Assembly (NCBI GenBank): GCA_964016885.1
Contig: OZ024758.1
Location: 36,270,001 to 36,334,000 of the forward strand
Direction of reading: 5' to 3'
Length of the DNA stretch: 64,000 nucleotides
From: Eledone cirrhosa
Lineage: Eukaryota
Position numbers and translations under genes: made by a program
Shown: positions 12,487-24,700 of the stretch, one piece after another
How the letters are laid out: every line of letters begins with the position of its first letter
Numbering within the stretch: the first letter of the stretch is position 1
Notes under the pieces: generated by a model
The model's input: only the letters and a program-made list of their open reading frames with translations
The model's database searches: none
Told to the model about the DNA's origin: nothing

Positions 12487-15021
12487 ATGGTATTAGCTGT
12501 CAGAAGTAACTCCAATGTTGGTGAGAATTCATTTAAGTTCATGGTATTAGCTGTCAGAAGTCACTCCACTGTTGGTGAGAATTCATTTAAGTTCATGGTA
12601 CTAGCTGTCAGAAGTAACCCCAATGTTGGTGAGAATTCATTTAAGTTCATGGTATTAGCTGTCAGAAGTCACTCCAATGTTGGTGAGAATTCATTTAAGT
12701 TCATGGTATTAGCTGTCAGAAGTAACTCCACTGTTGGTGAGAATTCATTTAAGTTCATGGTATTAGCTGTCAGAAGTAACTCCACTGTTGGTGAGAATTC
12801 ATTTAAGTTCATGGTATTAGCTGTCAGAAGGAACGCCACTGTTGGTGAGAATTCATTTAAGTTCATGGTATTAGCTGTCAGAAGTAACTCCACTGTTGGT
12901 GAGAATTCATTTAAGTTCATGGTACTAGCTGTCAGAAGTAACTCCAATGTTGGTGAGAATTCATTTAAGTTCATGGTATTAGCTGTCAGAAGGAACTCCA
13001 CTGTTGCTGAGAATTCATTTAAGTTCATGGTATTAGCTGTCAGAAGTAACTCCACTGTTGGTAAGAATTCATTTAAGTTCATGGTATTAGCTGTCAGAAG
13101 TAACTCCACTGTTGGTGAGAATTCATTTAAGTTCATGGTATTAGCTGTCAGAAGGAACGCCACTGTTGGTGAGAATTCATTTAAGTTCATGGTATTAGCT
13201 GTCAGAAGTAACTCCACTGTTGGTGAGAATTCATTTAAGTTCATGGTACTAGCTGTCAGAAGTAACTCCACTGTTGGTGAGAATTCATTTAAGTTCATGG
13301 TATTAGCTGTCAGAAGTCATCCAATGTTGGTGAGAATTCATTTAAGTTCATGGTATTAGCTGTCAGAAGTCACTCCACTGTTGGTGAGAATTCATTTAAG
13401 TTCATGGTACTAGCTGTCAGAAGTAACCCCAATGTTGGTGAGAATTCATTTAAGTTCATGGTATTAGCTGTCAGAAGTCACTCCAATGTTGGTGAGAATT
13501 CATTTAAGTTCATGGTATTAGCTGTCAGAAGTCACTCCACTGTTGGTGAGAATTCATTTAAATTCATGGTACTAGCTGTCAGAAGTAACCCCAATGTTGG
13601 TGAGAATTCATTTAAGTTCATGGTATTAGCTGTCAGAAGTCACTCCAATGTTGGTGAGAATTCATTTAAGTTCATGGTATTAGCTGTCAGAAGTAACTCC
13701 ACTGTTGGTGAGAATTCATTTAAGTTCATGGTATTAGCTGTCAGAAGTAACTCCACTGTTGGTGAGAATTCATTTAAGTTCATGGTATTAGCTGTCAGAA
13801 GTAACTCCACTGTTGGTGAGAATTCATTTAAGTCATGGTATTAGCTGTCAGAAGTAACTCCAATGTTGGTGAGAATTCATTTAAGTTCATGGTATTAGCT
13901 GTCAGAAGTCACTCCACTGTTGGTGAGAATTCATTTAAGTTCATGGTACTAGCTGTCAGAAGTAACCCCAATGTTGGTGAGAATTCATTTAAGTTCATGG
14001 TATTAGCTGTCAGAAGTCACTCCAATGTTGGTGAGAATTCATTTAAGTTCATGGTATTAGCTGTCAGAAGTAACTCCACTGTTGGTGAGAATTCATTTAA
14101 GTTCATGGTATTAGCTGTCAGAAGTAACTCCACTGTTGGTGAGAATTCATTTAAGTTCATGGTATTAGCTGTCAGAAGGAACGCCACTGTTGGTGAGAAT
14201 TCATTTAAGTTCATGGTATTAGCTGTCAGAAGTAACTCCACTGTTGGTGAGAATTCATTTAAGTTCATGGTACTAGCTGTCAGAAGTAACTCCAATGTTG
14301 GTGAGAATTCATTTAAGTTCATGGTATTAGCTGTCAGAAGGAACTCCACTGTTGCTGAGAATTCATTTAAGTTCATGGTATTAGCTGTCAGAAGTAACTC
14401 CACTGTTGGTAAGAATTCATTTAAGTTCATGGTATTAGCTGTCAGAAGTAACTCCACTGTTGGTGAGAATTCATTTAAGTTCATGGTATTAGCTGTCAGA
14501 AGGAACGCCACTGTTGGTGAGAATTCATTTAAGTTCATGGTATTAGCTGTCAGAAGTAACTCCACTGTTGGTGAGAATTCATTTAAGTTCATGGTACTAG
14601 CTGTCAGAAGTAACTCCACTGTTGGTGAGAATTCATTTAAGTTCATGGTATTAGCTGTCAGAAGTCACTCCAATGTTGGTGAGAATTCATTTAAGTTCAT
14701 GGTATTAGCTGTCAGAAGTCACTCCACTGTTGGTGAGAATTCATTTAAGTTCATGGTACTAGCTGTCAGAAGTAACCCCAATGTTGGTGAGAATTCATTT
14801 AAGTTCATGGTATTAGCTGTCAGAAGTCACTCCAATGTTGGTGAGAATTCATTTAAGTTCATGGTATTAGCTGTCAGAAGTAACTCCACTGTTGGTGAGA
14901 ATTCATTTAAGTTCATGGTATTAGCTGTCAGAAGTAACTCCACTGTTGGTGAGAATTCATTTAAGTTCATTCTATTAGCTGTCAGAAGTAACTCCACTGT
15001 TGGTGAGAATTCATTTAAGTC

Positions 15022-15452
15022 ATGGTATTAGCTGTCAGAAGTAACTCCAATGTTGGTGAGAATTCATTTAAGTTCATGGTATTAGCTGTCAGAAGTCACT
15101 CCACTGTTGGTGAGAATTCATTTAAGTTCATGGTACTAGCTGTCAGAAGTAACCCCAATGTTGGTGAGAATTCATTTAAGTTCATGGTATTAGCTGTCAG
15201 AAGTCACTCCAATGTTGGTGAGAATTCATTTAAGTTCATGGTATTAGCTGTCAGAAGTAACTCCACTGTTGGTGAGAATTCATTTAAGTTCATGGTATTA
15301 GCTGTCAGAAGTAACTCCACTGTTGGTGAGAATTCATTTAAGTTCATGGTATTAGCTGTCAGAAGTAACTCCACTGTTGGTGAGAATTCATTTAAGTTCA
15401 TGGTATTAGCTGTCAGAAGGAACTCCAATGTTGGTGAGAATTCATTTAAGTC
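15022..15452 (+). repeat. 8-mer higher-order block (431 bp) ending in a GGAACTCCAAT 53-bp monomer, representative copy
   Basis: It recurs starting at 21766, 28184, 29370, 33200, 35087, 47654, 52240, 61680 and 63351. Not seen before position 15022. Confidence 0.88.
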
Positions 15453-15775
15453 ATGGTACTAGCTGTCAGAAGTAACTCCACTGTTGGTGAGAATTCATTT
15501 AAGTTCATGGTATTAGCTGTCAGAAGGAACGCCACTGTTGGTGAGAATTCATTTAAATTCATGGTATTAGCTGTCAGAAGTAACTCCACTGTTGGTGAGA
15601 ATTCATTTAAGTTCATGGTACTAGCTGTCAGAAGTAACTCCAATGTTGGTGAGAATTCATTTAAGTTCATGGTATTAGCTGTCAGAAGTAACTCCACTGT
15701 TGGTGAGAATTCATTTAAGTTCATGGTATTAGCTGTCAGAAGTCACTCCAATGTTGGTGAGAATTCATTTAAGTC
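15453..15775 (+). repeat. 6-mer higher-order block (323 bp) carrying the TTTAAATTC variant, representative copy
   Basis: It recurs starting at 22197, 26728 and 33631, each time directly after a block ending in the GGAACTCCAAT monomer. Confidence 0.85.
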
Positions 15776-18700
15776 ATGGTACTAGCTGTCAGAAGTAACT
15801 CCACTGTTGGTGAGAATTCATTTAAGTTCATTGTATTAGCTGTCAGAAGGAACGCCACTGTTGGTGAGAATTCATTTAAGTTCATGGTATTAGCTGTCAG
15901 AAGTAACTCCACTGTTGGTGAGAATTCATTTAAGTTCATGGTACTAGCTGTCAGAAGTAACTCCAATGTTGGTGAGAATTCATTTAAGTTCATGGTATTA
16001 GCTGTCAGAAGGAACTCCACTGTTGCTGAGAATTCATTTAAGTTCATGGTATTAGCTGTCAGAAGTAACTCCACTGTTGGTGAGAATTCATTTAAGTTCA
16101 TGGTACTAGCTGTCAGAAGTCACTCCACTGTTGGTGAGAATACATTTAAGTTCATGGTATTAGCTGTCAGAAGTAACTCCACTGTTGGTGAGAATTCATT
16201 TAAGTTCATGGTACTAGCTGTCAGAAGTAACTCCACTGTTGGTGAGAATTCATTTAAGTTCATGGTATTAGCTGTCAGAAGTCACTCCAATGTTGGTGAG
16301 AATTCATTTAAGTTCATGGTATTAGCTGTCAGAAGTCACTCCACTGTTGGTGAGAACTCATTTAAGTTCATGGTACTAGCTGTCAGAAGTCACTCCAATG
16401 TTGGTGAGAATTCATTTAAGTTCATGGTATTAGCTGTCAGAAGTAACTCCACTGTTGGTGAGAATTCATTTAAGTTCATGGTATTAGCTGTCAGAAGTAA
16501 CTCCACTGTTGGTGAGAATTCATTTAAGTTCATTGTATTAGCTGTCAGAAGGAACGCCACTGTTGGTGAGAATTCATTTAAGTTCATGGTATTAGCTGTC
16601 AGAAGTAACTCCACTGTTGGTGAGAATTCATTTAAGTTCATGGTACTAGCTGTCAGAAGTAACTCCAATGTTGGTGAGAATTCATTTAAGTTCATGGTAT
16701 TAGCTGTCAGAAGGAACTCCACTGTTGCTGAGAATTCATTTAAGTTCATGGTATTAGCTGTCAGAAGTAACTCCACTGTTGGTGAGAATTCATTTAAGTT
16801 CATGGTACTAGCTGTCAGAAGTCACTCCACTGTTGGTGAGAATACATTTAAGTTCATGGTACTAGCTGTCAGAAGTAACCCCAATGTTGGTGAGAATTCA
16901 TTTAAGTTCATGGTATTAGCTGTCAGAAGTCACTCCAATGTTGGTGAGAATTCATTTAAGTTCATGGTATTAGCTGTCAGAAGTAACTCCACTGTTGGTA
17001 AGAATTCATTTAAGTTCATGGTATTAGCTGTCAGAAGTAACTCCACTGTTGGTGAGAATTCATTTAAGTTCATGGTATTAGCTGTCAGAAGTAACTCCAC
17101 TGTTGGTGAGAATTCATTTAAGTTCATGGTACTAGCTGTCAGAAGTAACTCCACTGTTGGTGAGAATTCATTTAAGTTCATGGTATTAGCTGTCAGAAGT
17201 CACTCCAATGTTGGTGAGAATTCATTTAAGTTCATGGTATTAGCTGTCAGAAGTCACTCCACTGTTGGTGAGAATTCATTTAAGTTCATGGTACTAGCTG
17301 TCAGAAGTAACCCCAATGTTGGTGAGAATTCATTTAAGTTCATGGTATTAGCTGTCAGAAGTCACTCCAATGTTGGTGAGAATTCATTTAAGTTCATGGT
17401 ATTAGCTGTCAGAAGTCACTCCACTGTTGGTGAGAATTCATTTAAGTTCATGGTACTAGCTGTCAGAAGTAACCCCAATGTTGGTGAGAATTCATTTAAG
17501 TTCATGGTACTAGCTGTCAGAAGTAACCCCAATGTTGGTGAGAATTCATTTAAGTTCATGGTATTAGCTGTCAGAAGTCACTCCAATGTTGGTGAGAATT
17601 CATTTAAGTTCATGGTATTAGCTGTCAGAAGTCACTCCACTGTTGGTGAGAATTCATTTAAGTTCATGGTACTAGCTGTCAGAAGTAACCCCAATGTTGG
17701 TGAGAATTCATTTAAGTTCATGGTATTAGCTGTCAGAAGTCACTCCAATGTTGGTGAGAATTCATTTAAGTTCATGGTATTAGCTGTCAGAAGTAACTCC
17801 ACTGTTGGTGAGAATTCATTTAAGTTCATGGTATTAGCTGTCAGAAGTAACTCCACTGTTGGTGAGAATTCATTTAAGTTCATGGTATTAGCTGTCAGAA
17901 GTAACTCCACTGTTGGTGAGAATTCATTTAAGTCATGGTATTAGCTGTCAGAAGTAACTCCAATGTTGGTGAGAATTCATTTAAGTTCATGGTATTAGCT
18001 GTCAGAAGTCACTCCACTGTTGGTGAGAATTCATTTAAGTTCATGGTACTAGCTGTCAGAAGTAACCCCAATGTTGGTGAGAATTCATTTAAGTTCATGG
18101 TATTAGCTGTCAGAAGTCACTCCAATGTTGGTGAGAATTCATTTAAGTTCATGGTATTAGCTGTCAGAAGTAACTCCACTGTTGGTGAGAATTCATTTAA
18201 GTTCATGGTATTAGCTGTCAGAAGTAACTCCACTGTTGGTGAGAATTCATTTAAGTTCATGGTATTAGCTGTCAGAAGGAACGCCACTGTTGGTGAGAAT
18301 TCATTTAAGTTCATGGTATTAGCTGTCAGAAGTAACTCCACTGTTGGTGAGAATTCATTTAAGTTCATGGTACTAGCTGTCAGAAGTAACTCCAATGTTG
18401 GTGAGAATTCATTTAAGTTCATGGTATTAGCTGTCAGAAGGAACTCCACTGTTGCTGAGAATTCATTTAAGTTCATGGTATTAGCTGTCAGAAGTAACTC
18501 CACTGTTGGTGAGAATTCATTTAAGTTCATGGTACTAGCTGTCAGAAGTCACTCCACTGTTGGTGAGAATACATTTAAGTTCATGGTACTAGCTGTCAGA
18601 AGTAACCCCAATGTTGGTGAGAATTCATTTAAGTTCATGGTATTAGCTGTCAGAAGTCACTCCAATGTTGGTGAGAATTCATTTAAGTTCATGGTATTAG

Positions 18701-21700
18701 CTGTCAGAAGTAACTCCACTGTTGGTAAGAATTCATTTAAGTTCATGGTATTAGCTGTCAGAAGGAACTCCACTGTTGGTGAGAATTCATTTAAGTTCAT
18801 GGTACTAGCTGTCAGAAGTAACTCCAATGTTGGTGAGAATTCATTTAAGTTCATGGTATTAGCTGTCAGAAGGAACTCCACTGTTGCTGAGAATTCATTT
18901 AAGTTCATGGTATTAGCTGTCAGAAGTAACTCCACTGTTGGTGAGAATTCATTTAAGTTCATGGTACTAGCTGTCAGAAGTAACTCCACTGTTGGTGAGA
19001 ATTCATTTAAGTTCATTGTATTAGCTGTCAGAAGGAACGCCACTGTTGGTGAGAATTCATTTAAGTTCATGGTATTAGCTGTCAGAAGGAACTCCACTGT
19101 TGCTGAGAATTCATTTAAGTTCATGGTATTAGCTGTCAGAAGTAACTCCACTGTTGGTGAGAATTCATTTAAGTTCACGGTACTAGCTGTCAGAAGTCAC
19201 TCCACTGTTGGTGAGAATACATTTAAGTTCATGGTACTAGCTGTCAGAAGTAACCCCAATGTTGGTGAGAATTCATTTAAGTTCATGGTATTAGCTGTCA
19301 GAAGTCACTCCAATGTTGGTGAGAATTCATTTAAGTTCATGGTATTAGCTGTCAGAAGTAACTCCACTGTTGGTAAGAATTCATTTAAGTTCATGGTATT
19401 AGCTGTCAGAAGTAACTCCACTGTTGGTGAGAATTCATTTAAGTTCATGGTATTAGCTGTCAGAAGGAACGCCACTGTTGGTGAGAATTCATTTAAGTTC
19501 ATGGTATTAGCTGTCAGAAGTAACTCCACTGTTGGTGAGAATTCATTTAAGTTCATGGTACTAGCTGTCAGAAGTAACTCCACTGTTGGTGAGAATTCAT
19601 TTAAGTTCATGGTATTAGCTGTCAGAAGTCACTCCAATGTTGGTGAGAATTCATTTAAGTTCATGGTATTAGCTGTCAGAAGTCACTCCACTGTTGGTGA
19701 GAATTCATTTAAGTTCATGGTACTAGCTGTCAGAAGTAACCCCAATGTTGGTGAGAATTCATTTAAGTTCATGGTATTAGCTGTCAGAAGTCACTCCAAT
19801 GTTGGTGAGAATTCATTTAAGTTCATGGTATTAGCTGTCAGAAGTAACTCCACTGTTGGTGAGAATTCATTTAAGTTCATGGTATTAGCTGTCAGAAGTA
19901 ACTCCACTGTTGGTGAGAATTCATTTAAGTTCATGGTATTAGCTGTCAGAAGTAACTCCACTGTTGGTGAGAATTCATTTAAGTCATGGTATTAGCTGTC
20001 AGAAGTAACTCCAATGTTGGTGAGAATTCATTTAAGTTCATGGTATTAGCTGTCAGAAGTCACTCCACTGTTGGTGAGAATTCATTTAAGTTCATGGTAC
20101 TAGCTGTCAGAAGTAACCCCAATGTTGGTGAGAATTCATTTAAGTTCATGGTATTAGCTGTCAGAAGTCACTCCAATGTTGGTGAGAATTCATTTAAGTT
20201 CATGGTATTAGCTGTCAGAAGTCACTCCACTGTTGGTGAGAATTCATTTAAGTTCATGGTACTAGCTGTCAGAAGTAACCCCAATGTTGGTGAGAATTCA
20301 TTTAAGTTCATGGTATTAGCTGTCAGAAGTCACTCCAATGTTGGTGAGAATTCATTTAAGTTCATGGTATTAGCTGTCAGAAGTAACTCCACTGTTGGTG
20401 AGAATTCATTTAAGTTCATGGTATTAGCTGTCAGAAGTAACTCCACTGTTGGTGAGAATTCATTTAAGTTCATGGTATTAGCTGTCAGAAGTAACTCCAC
20501 TGTTGGTGAGAATTCATTTAAGTCATGGTATTAGCTGTCAGAAGTAACTCCAATGTTGGTGAGAATTCATTTAAGTTCATGGTATTAGCTGTCAGAAGTC
20601 ACTCCACTGTTGGTGAGAATTCATTTAAGTTCATGGTACTAGCTGTCAGAAGTAACCCCAATGTTGGTGAGAATTCATTTAAGTTCATGGTATTAGCTGT
20701 CAGAAGTCACTCCAATGTTGGTGAGAATTCATTTAAGTTCATGGTATTAGCTGTCAGAAGTAACTCCACTGTTGGTGAGAATTCATTTAAGTTCATGGTA
20801 TTAGCTGTCAGAAGTAACTCCACTGTTGGTGAGAATTCATTTAAGTTCATGGTATTAGCTGTCAGAAGTAACTCCACTGTTGGTGAGAATTCATTTAAGT
20901 TCATGGTATTAGCTGTCAGAAGGAACGCCACTGTTGGTGAGAATTCATTTAAGTTCATGGTATTAGCTGTCAGAAGTAACTCCACTGTTGGTGAGAATTC
21001 ATTTAAGTTCATGGTACTAGCTGTCAGAAGTAACTCCAATGTTGGTGAGAATTCATTTAAGTTCATGGTATTAGCTGTCAGAAGGAACTCCACTGTTGCT
21101 GAGAATTCATTTAAGTTCATGGTATTAGCTGTCAGAAGTAACTCCACTGTTGGTAAGAATTCATTTAAGTTCATGGTATTAGCTGTCAGAAGTAACTCCA
21201 CTGTTGGTGAGAATTCATTTAAGTTCATGGTATTAGCTGTCAGAAGGAACGCCACTGTTGGTGAGAATTCATTTAAGTTCATGGTATTAGCTGTCAGAAG
21301 TAACTCCACTGTTGGTGAGAATTCATTTAAGTTCATGGTACTAGCTGTCAGAAGTAACTCCACTGTTGGTGAGAATTCATTTAAGTTCATGGTATTAGCT
21401 GTCAGAAGTCACTCCAATGTTGGTGAGAATTCATTTAAGTTCATGGTATTAGCTGTCAGAAGTCACTCCACTGTTGGTGAGAATTCATTTAAGTTCATGG
21501 TACTAGCTGTCAGAAGTAACCCCAATGTTGGTGAGAATTCATTTAAGTTCATGGTATTAGCTGTCAGAAGTCACTCCAATGTTGGTGAGAATTCATTTAA
21601 GTTCATGGTATTAGCTGTCAGAAGTAACTCCACTGTTGGTGAGAATTAATTTAAGTTCATGGTATTAGCTGTCAGAAGTAACTCCACTGTTGGTGAGAAT

Positions 21701-24700
21701 TCATTTAAGTTCATTCTATTAGCTGTCAGAAGTAACTCCACTGTTGGTGAGAATTCATTTAAGTCATGGTATTAGCTGTCAGAAGTAACTCCAATGTTGG
21801 TGAGAATTCATTTAAGTTCATGGTATTAGCTGTCAGAAGTCACTCCACTGTTGGTGAGAATTCATTTAAGTTCATGGTACTAGCTGTCAGAAGTAACCCC
21901 AATGTTGGTGAGAATTCATTTAAGTTCATGGTATTAGCTGTCAGAAGTCACTCCAATGTTGGTGAGAATTCATTTAAGTTCATGGTATTAGCTGTCAGAA
22001 GTAACTCCACTGTTGGTGAGAATTCATTTAAGTTCATGGTATTAGCTGTCAGAAGTAACTCCACTGTTGGTGAGAATTCATTTAAGTTCATGGTATTAGC
22101 TGTCAGAAGTAACTCCACTGTTGGTGAGAATTCATTTAAGTTCATGGTATTAGCTGTCAGAAGGAACTCCAATGTTGGTGAGAATTCATTTAAGTCATGG
22201 TACTAGCTGTCAGAAGTAACTCCACTGTTGGTGAGAATTCATTTAAGTTCATGGTATTAGCTGTCAGAAGGAACGACACTGTTGGTGAGAATTCATTTAA
22301 ATTCATGGTATTAGCTGTCAGAAGTAACTCCACTGTTGGTGAGAATTCATTTAAGTTCATGGTACTAGCTGTCAGAAGTAACTCCAATGTTGGTGAGAAT
22401 TCATTTAAGTTCATGGTATTAGCTGTCAGAAGTAACTCCACTGTTGGTGAGAATTCATTTAAGTTCATGGTATTAGCTGTCAGAAGTCACTCCAATGTTG
22501 GTGAGAATTCATTTAAGTCATGGTACTAGCTGTCAGAAGTAACTCCACTGTTGGTGAGAATTCATTTAAGTTCATTGTATTAGCTGTCAGAAGGAACGCC
22601 ACTGTTGGTGAGAATTCATTTAAGTTCATGGTATTAGCTGTCAGAAGTAACTCCACTGTTGGTGAGAATTCATTTAAGTTCATGGTACTAGCTGTCAGAA
22701 GTAACTCCAATGTTGGTGAGAATTCATTTAAGTTCATGGTATTAGCTGTCAGAAGGAACTCCACTGTTGCTGAGAATTCATTTAAGTTCATGGTATTAGC
22801 TGTCAGAAGTAACTCCACTGTTGGTGAGAATTCATTTAAGTTCATGGTACTAGCTGTCAGAAGTCACTCCACTGTTGGTGAGAATACATTTAAGTTCATG
22901 GTATTAGCTGTCAGAAGTAACTCCACTGTTGGTGAGAATTCATTTAAGTTCATGGTACTAGCTGTCAGAAGTAACTCCACTGTTGGTGAGAATTCATTTA
23001 AGTTCATGGTATTAGCTGTCAGAAGTCACTCCAATGTTGGTGAGAATTCATTTAAGTTCATGGTATTAGCTGTCAGAAGTCACTCCACTGTTGGTGAGAA
23101 CTCATTTAAGTTCATGGTACTAGCTGTCAGAAGTCACTCCAATGTTGGTGAGAATTCATTTAAGTTCATGGTATTAGCTGTCAGAAGTAACTCCACTGTT
23201 GGTGAGAATTCATTTAAGTTCATGGTATTAGCTGTCAGAAGTAACTCCACTGTTGGTGAGAATTCATTTAAGTTCATTGTATTAGCTGTCAGAAGGAACG
23301 CCACTGTTGGTGAGAATTCATTTAAGTTCATGGTATTAGCTGTCAGAAGTAACTCCACTGTTGGTGAGAATTCATTTAAGTTCATGGTACTAGCTGTCAG
23401 AAGTAACTCCAATGTTGGTGAGAATTCATTTAAGTTCATGGTATTAGCTGTCAGAAGGAACTCCACTGTTGCTGAGAATTCATTTAAGTTCATGGTATTA
23501 GCTGTCAGAAGTAACTCCACTGTTGGTGAGAATTCATTTAAGTTCATGGTACTAGCTGTCAGAAGTCACTCCACTGTTGGTGAGAATACATTTAAGTTCA
23601 TGGTACTAGCTGTCAGAAGTAACCCCAATGTTGGTGAGAATTCATTTAAGTTCATGGTATTAGCTGTCAGAAGTCACTCCAATGTTGGTGAGAATTCATT
23701 TAAGTTCATGGTATTAGCTGTCAGAAGTAACTCCACTGTTGGTAAGAATTCATTTAAGTTCATGGTATTAGCTGTCAGAAGTAACTCCACTGTTGGTGAG
23801 AATTCATTTAAGTTCATGGTATTAGCTGTCAGAAGGAACGCCACTGTTGGTGAGAATTCATTTAAGTTCATGGTATTAGCTGTCAGAAGTAACTCCACTG
23901 TTGGTGAGAATTCATTTAAGTTCATGGTACTAGCTGTCAGAAGTAACTCCACTGTTGGTGAGAATTCATTTAAGTTCATGGTATTAGCTGTCAGAAGTCA
24001 CTCCAATGTTGGTGAGAATTCATTTAAGTTCATGGTATTAGCTGTCAGAAGTCACTCCACTGTTGGTGAGAATTCATTTAAGTTCATGGTACTAGCTGTC
24101 AGAAGTAACCCCAATGTTGGTGAGAATTCATTTAAGTTCATGGTATTAGCTGTCAGAAGTCACTCCAATGTTGGTGAGAATTCATTTAAGTTCATGGTAT
24201 TAGCTGTCAGAAGTAACTCCACTGTTGGTGAGAATTCATTTAAGTTCATGGTATTAGCTGTCAGAAGTAACTCCACTGTTGGTGAGAATTCATTTAAGTT
24301 CATGGTATTAGCTGTCAGAAGTAACTCCACTGTTGGTGAGAATTCATTTAAGTCATGGTATTAGCTGTCAGAAGTAACTCCAATGTTGGTGAGAATTCAT
24401 TTAAGTTCATGGTATTAGCTGTCAGAAGTCACTCCACTGTTGGTGAGAATTCATTTAAGTTCATGGTACTAGCTGTCAGAAGTAACCCCAATGTTGGTGA
24501 GAATTCATTTAAGTTCATGGTATTAGCTGTCAGAAGTCACTCCAATGTTGGTGAGAATTCATTTAAGTTCATGGTATTAGCTGTCAGAAGTCACTCCACT
24601 GTTGGTGAGAATTCATTTAAGTTCATGGTACTAGCTGTCAGAAGTAACCCCAATGTTGGTGAGAATTCATTTAAGTTCATGGTATTAGCTGTCAGAAGTC

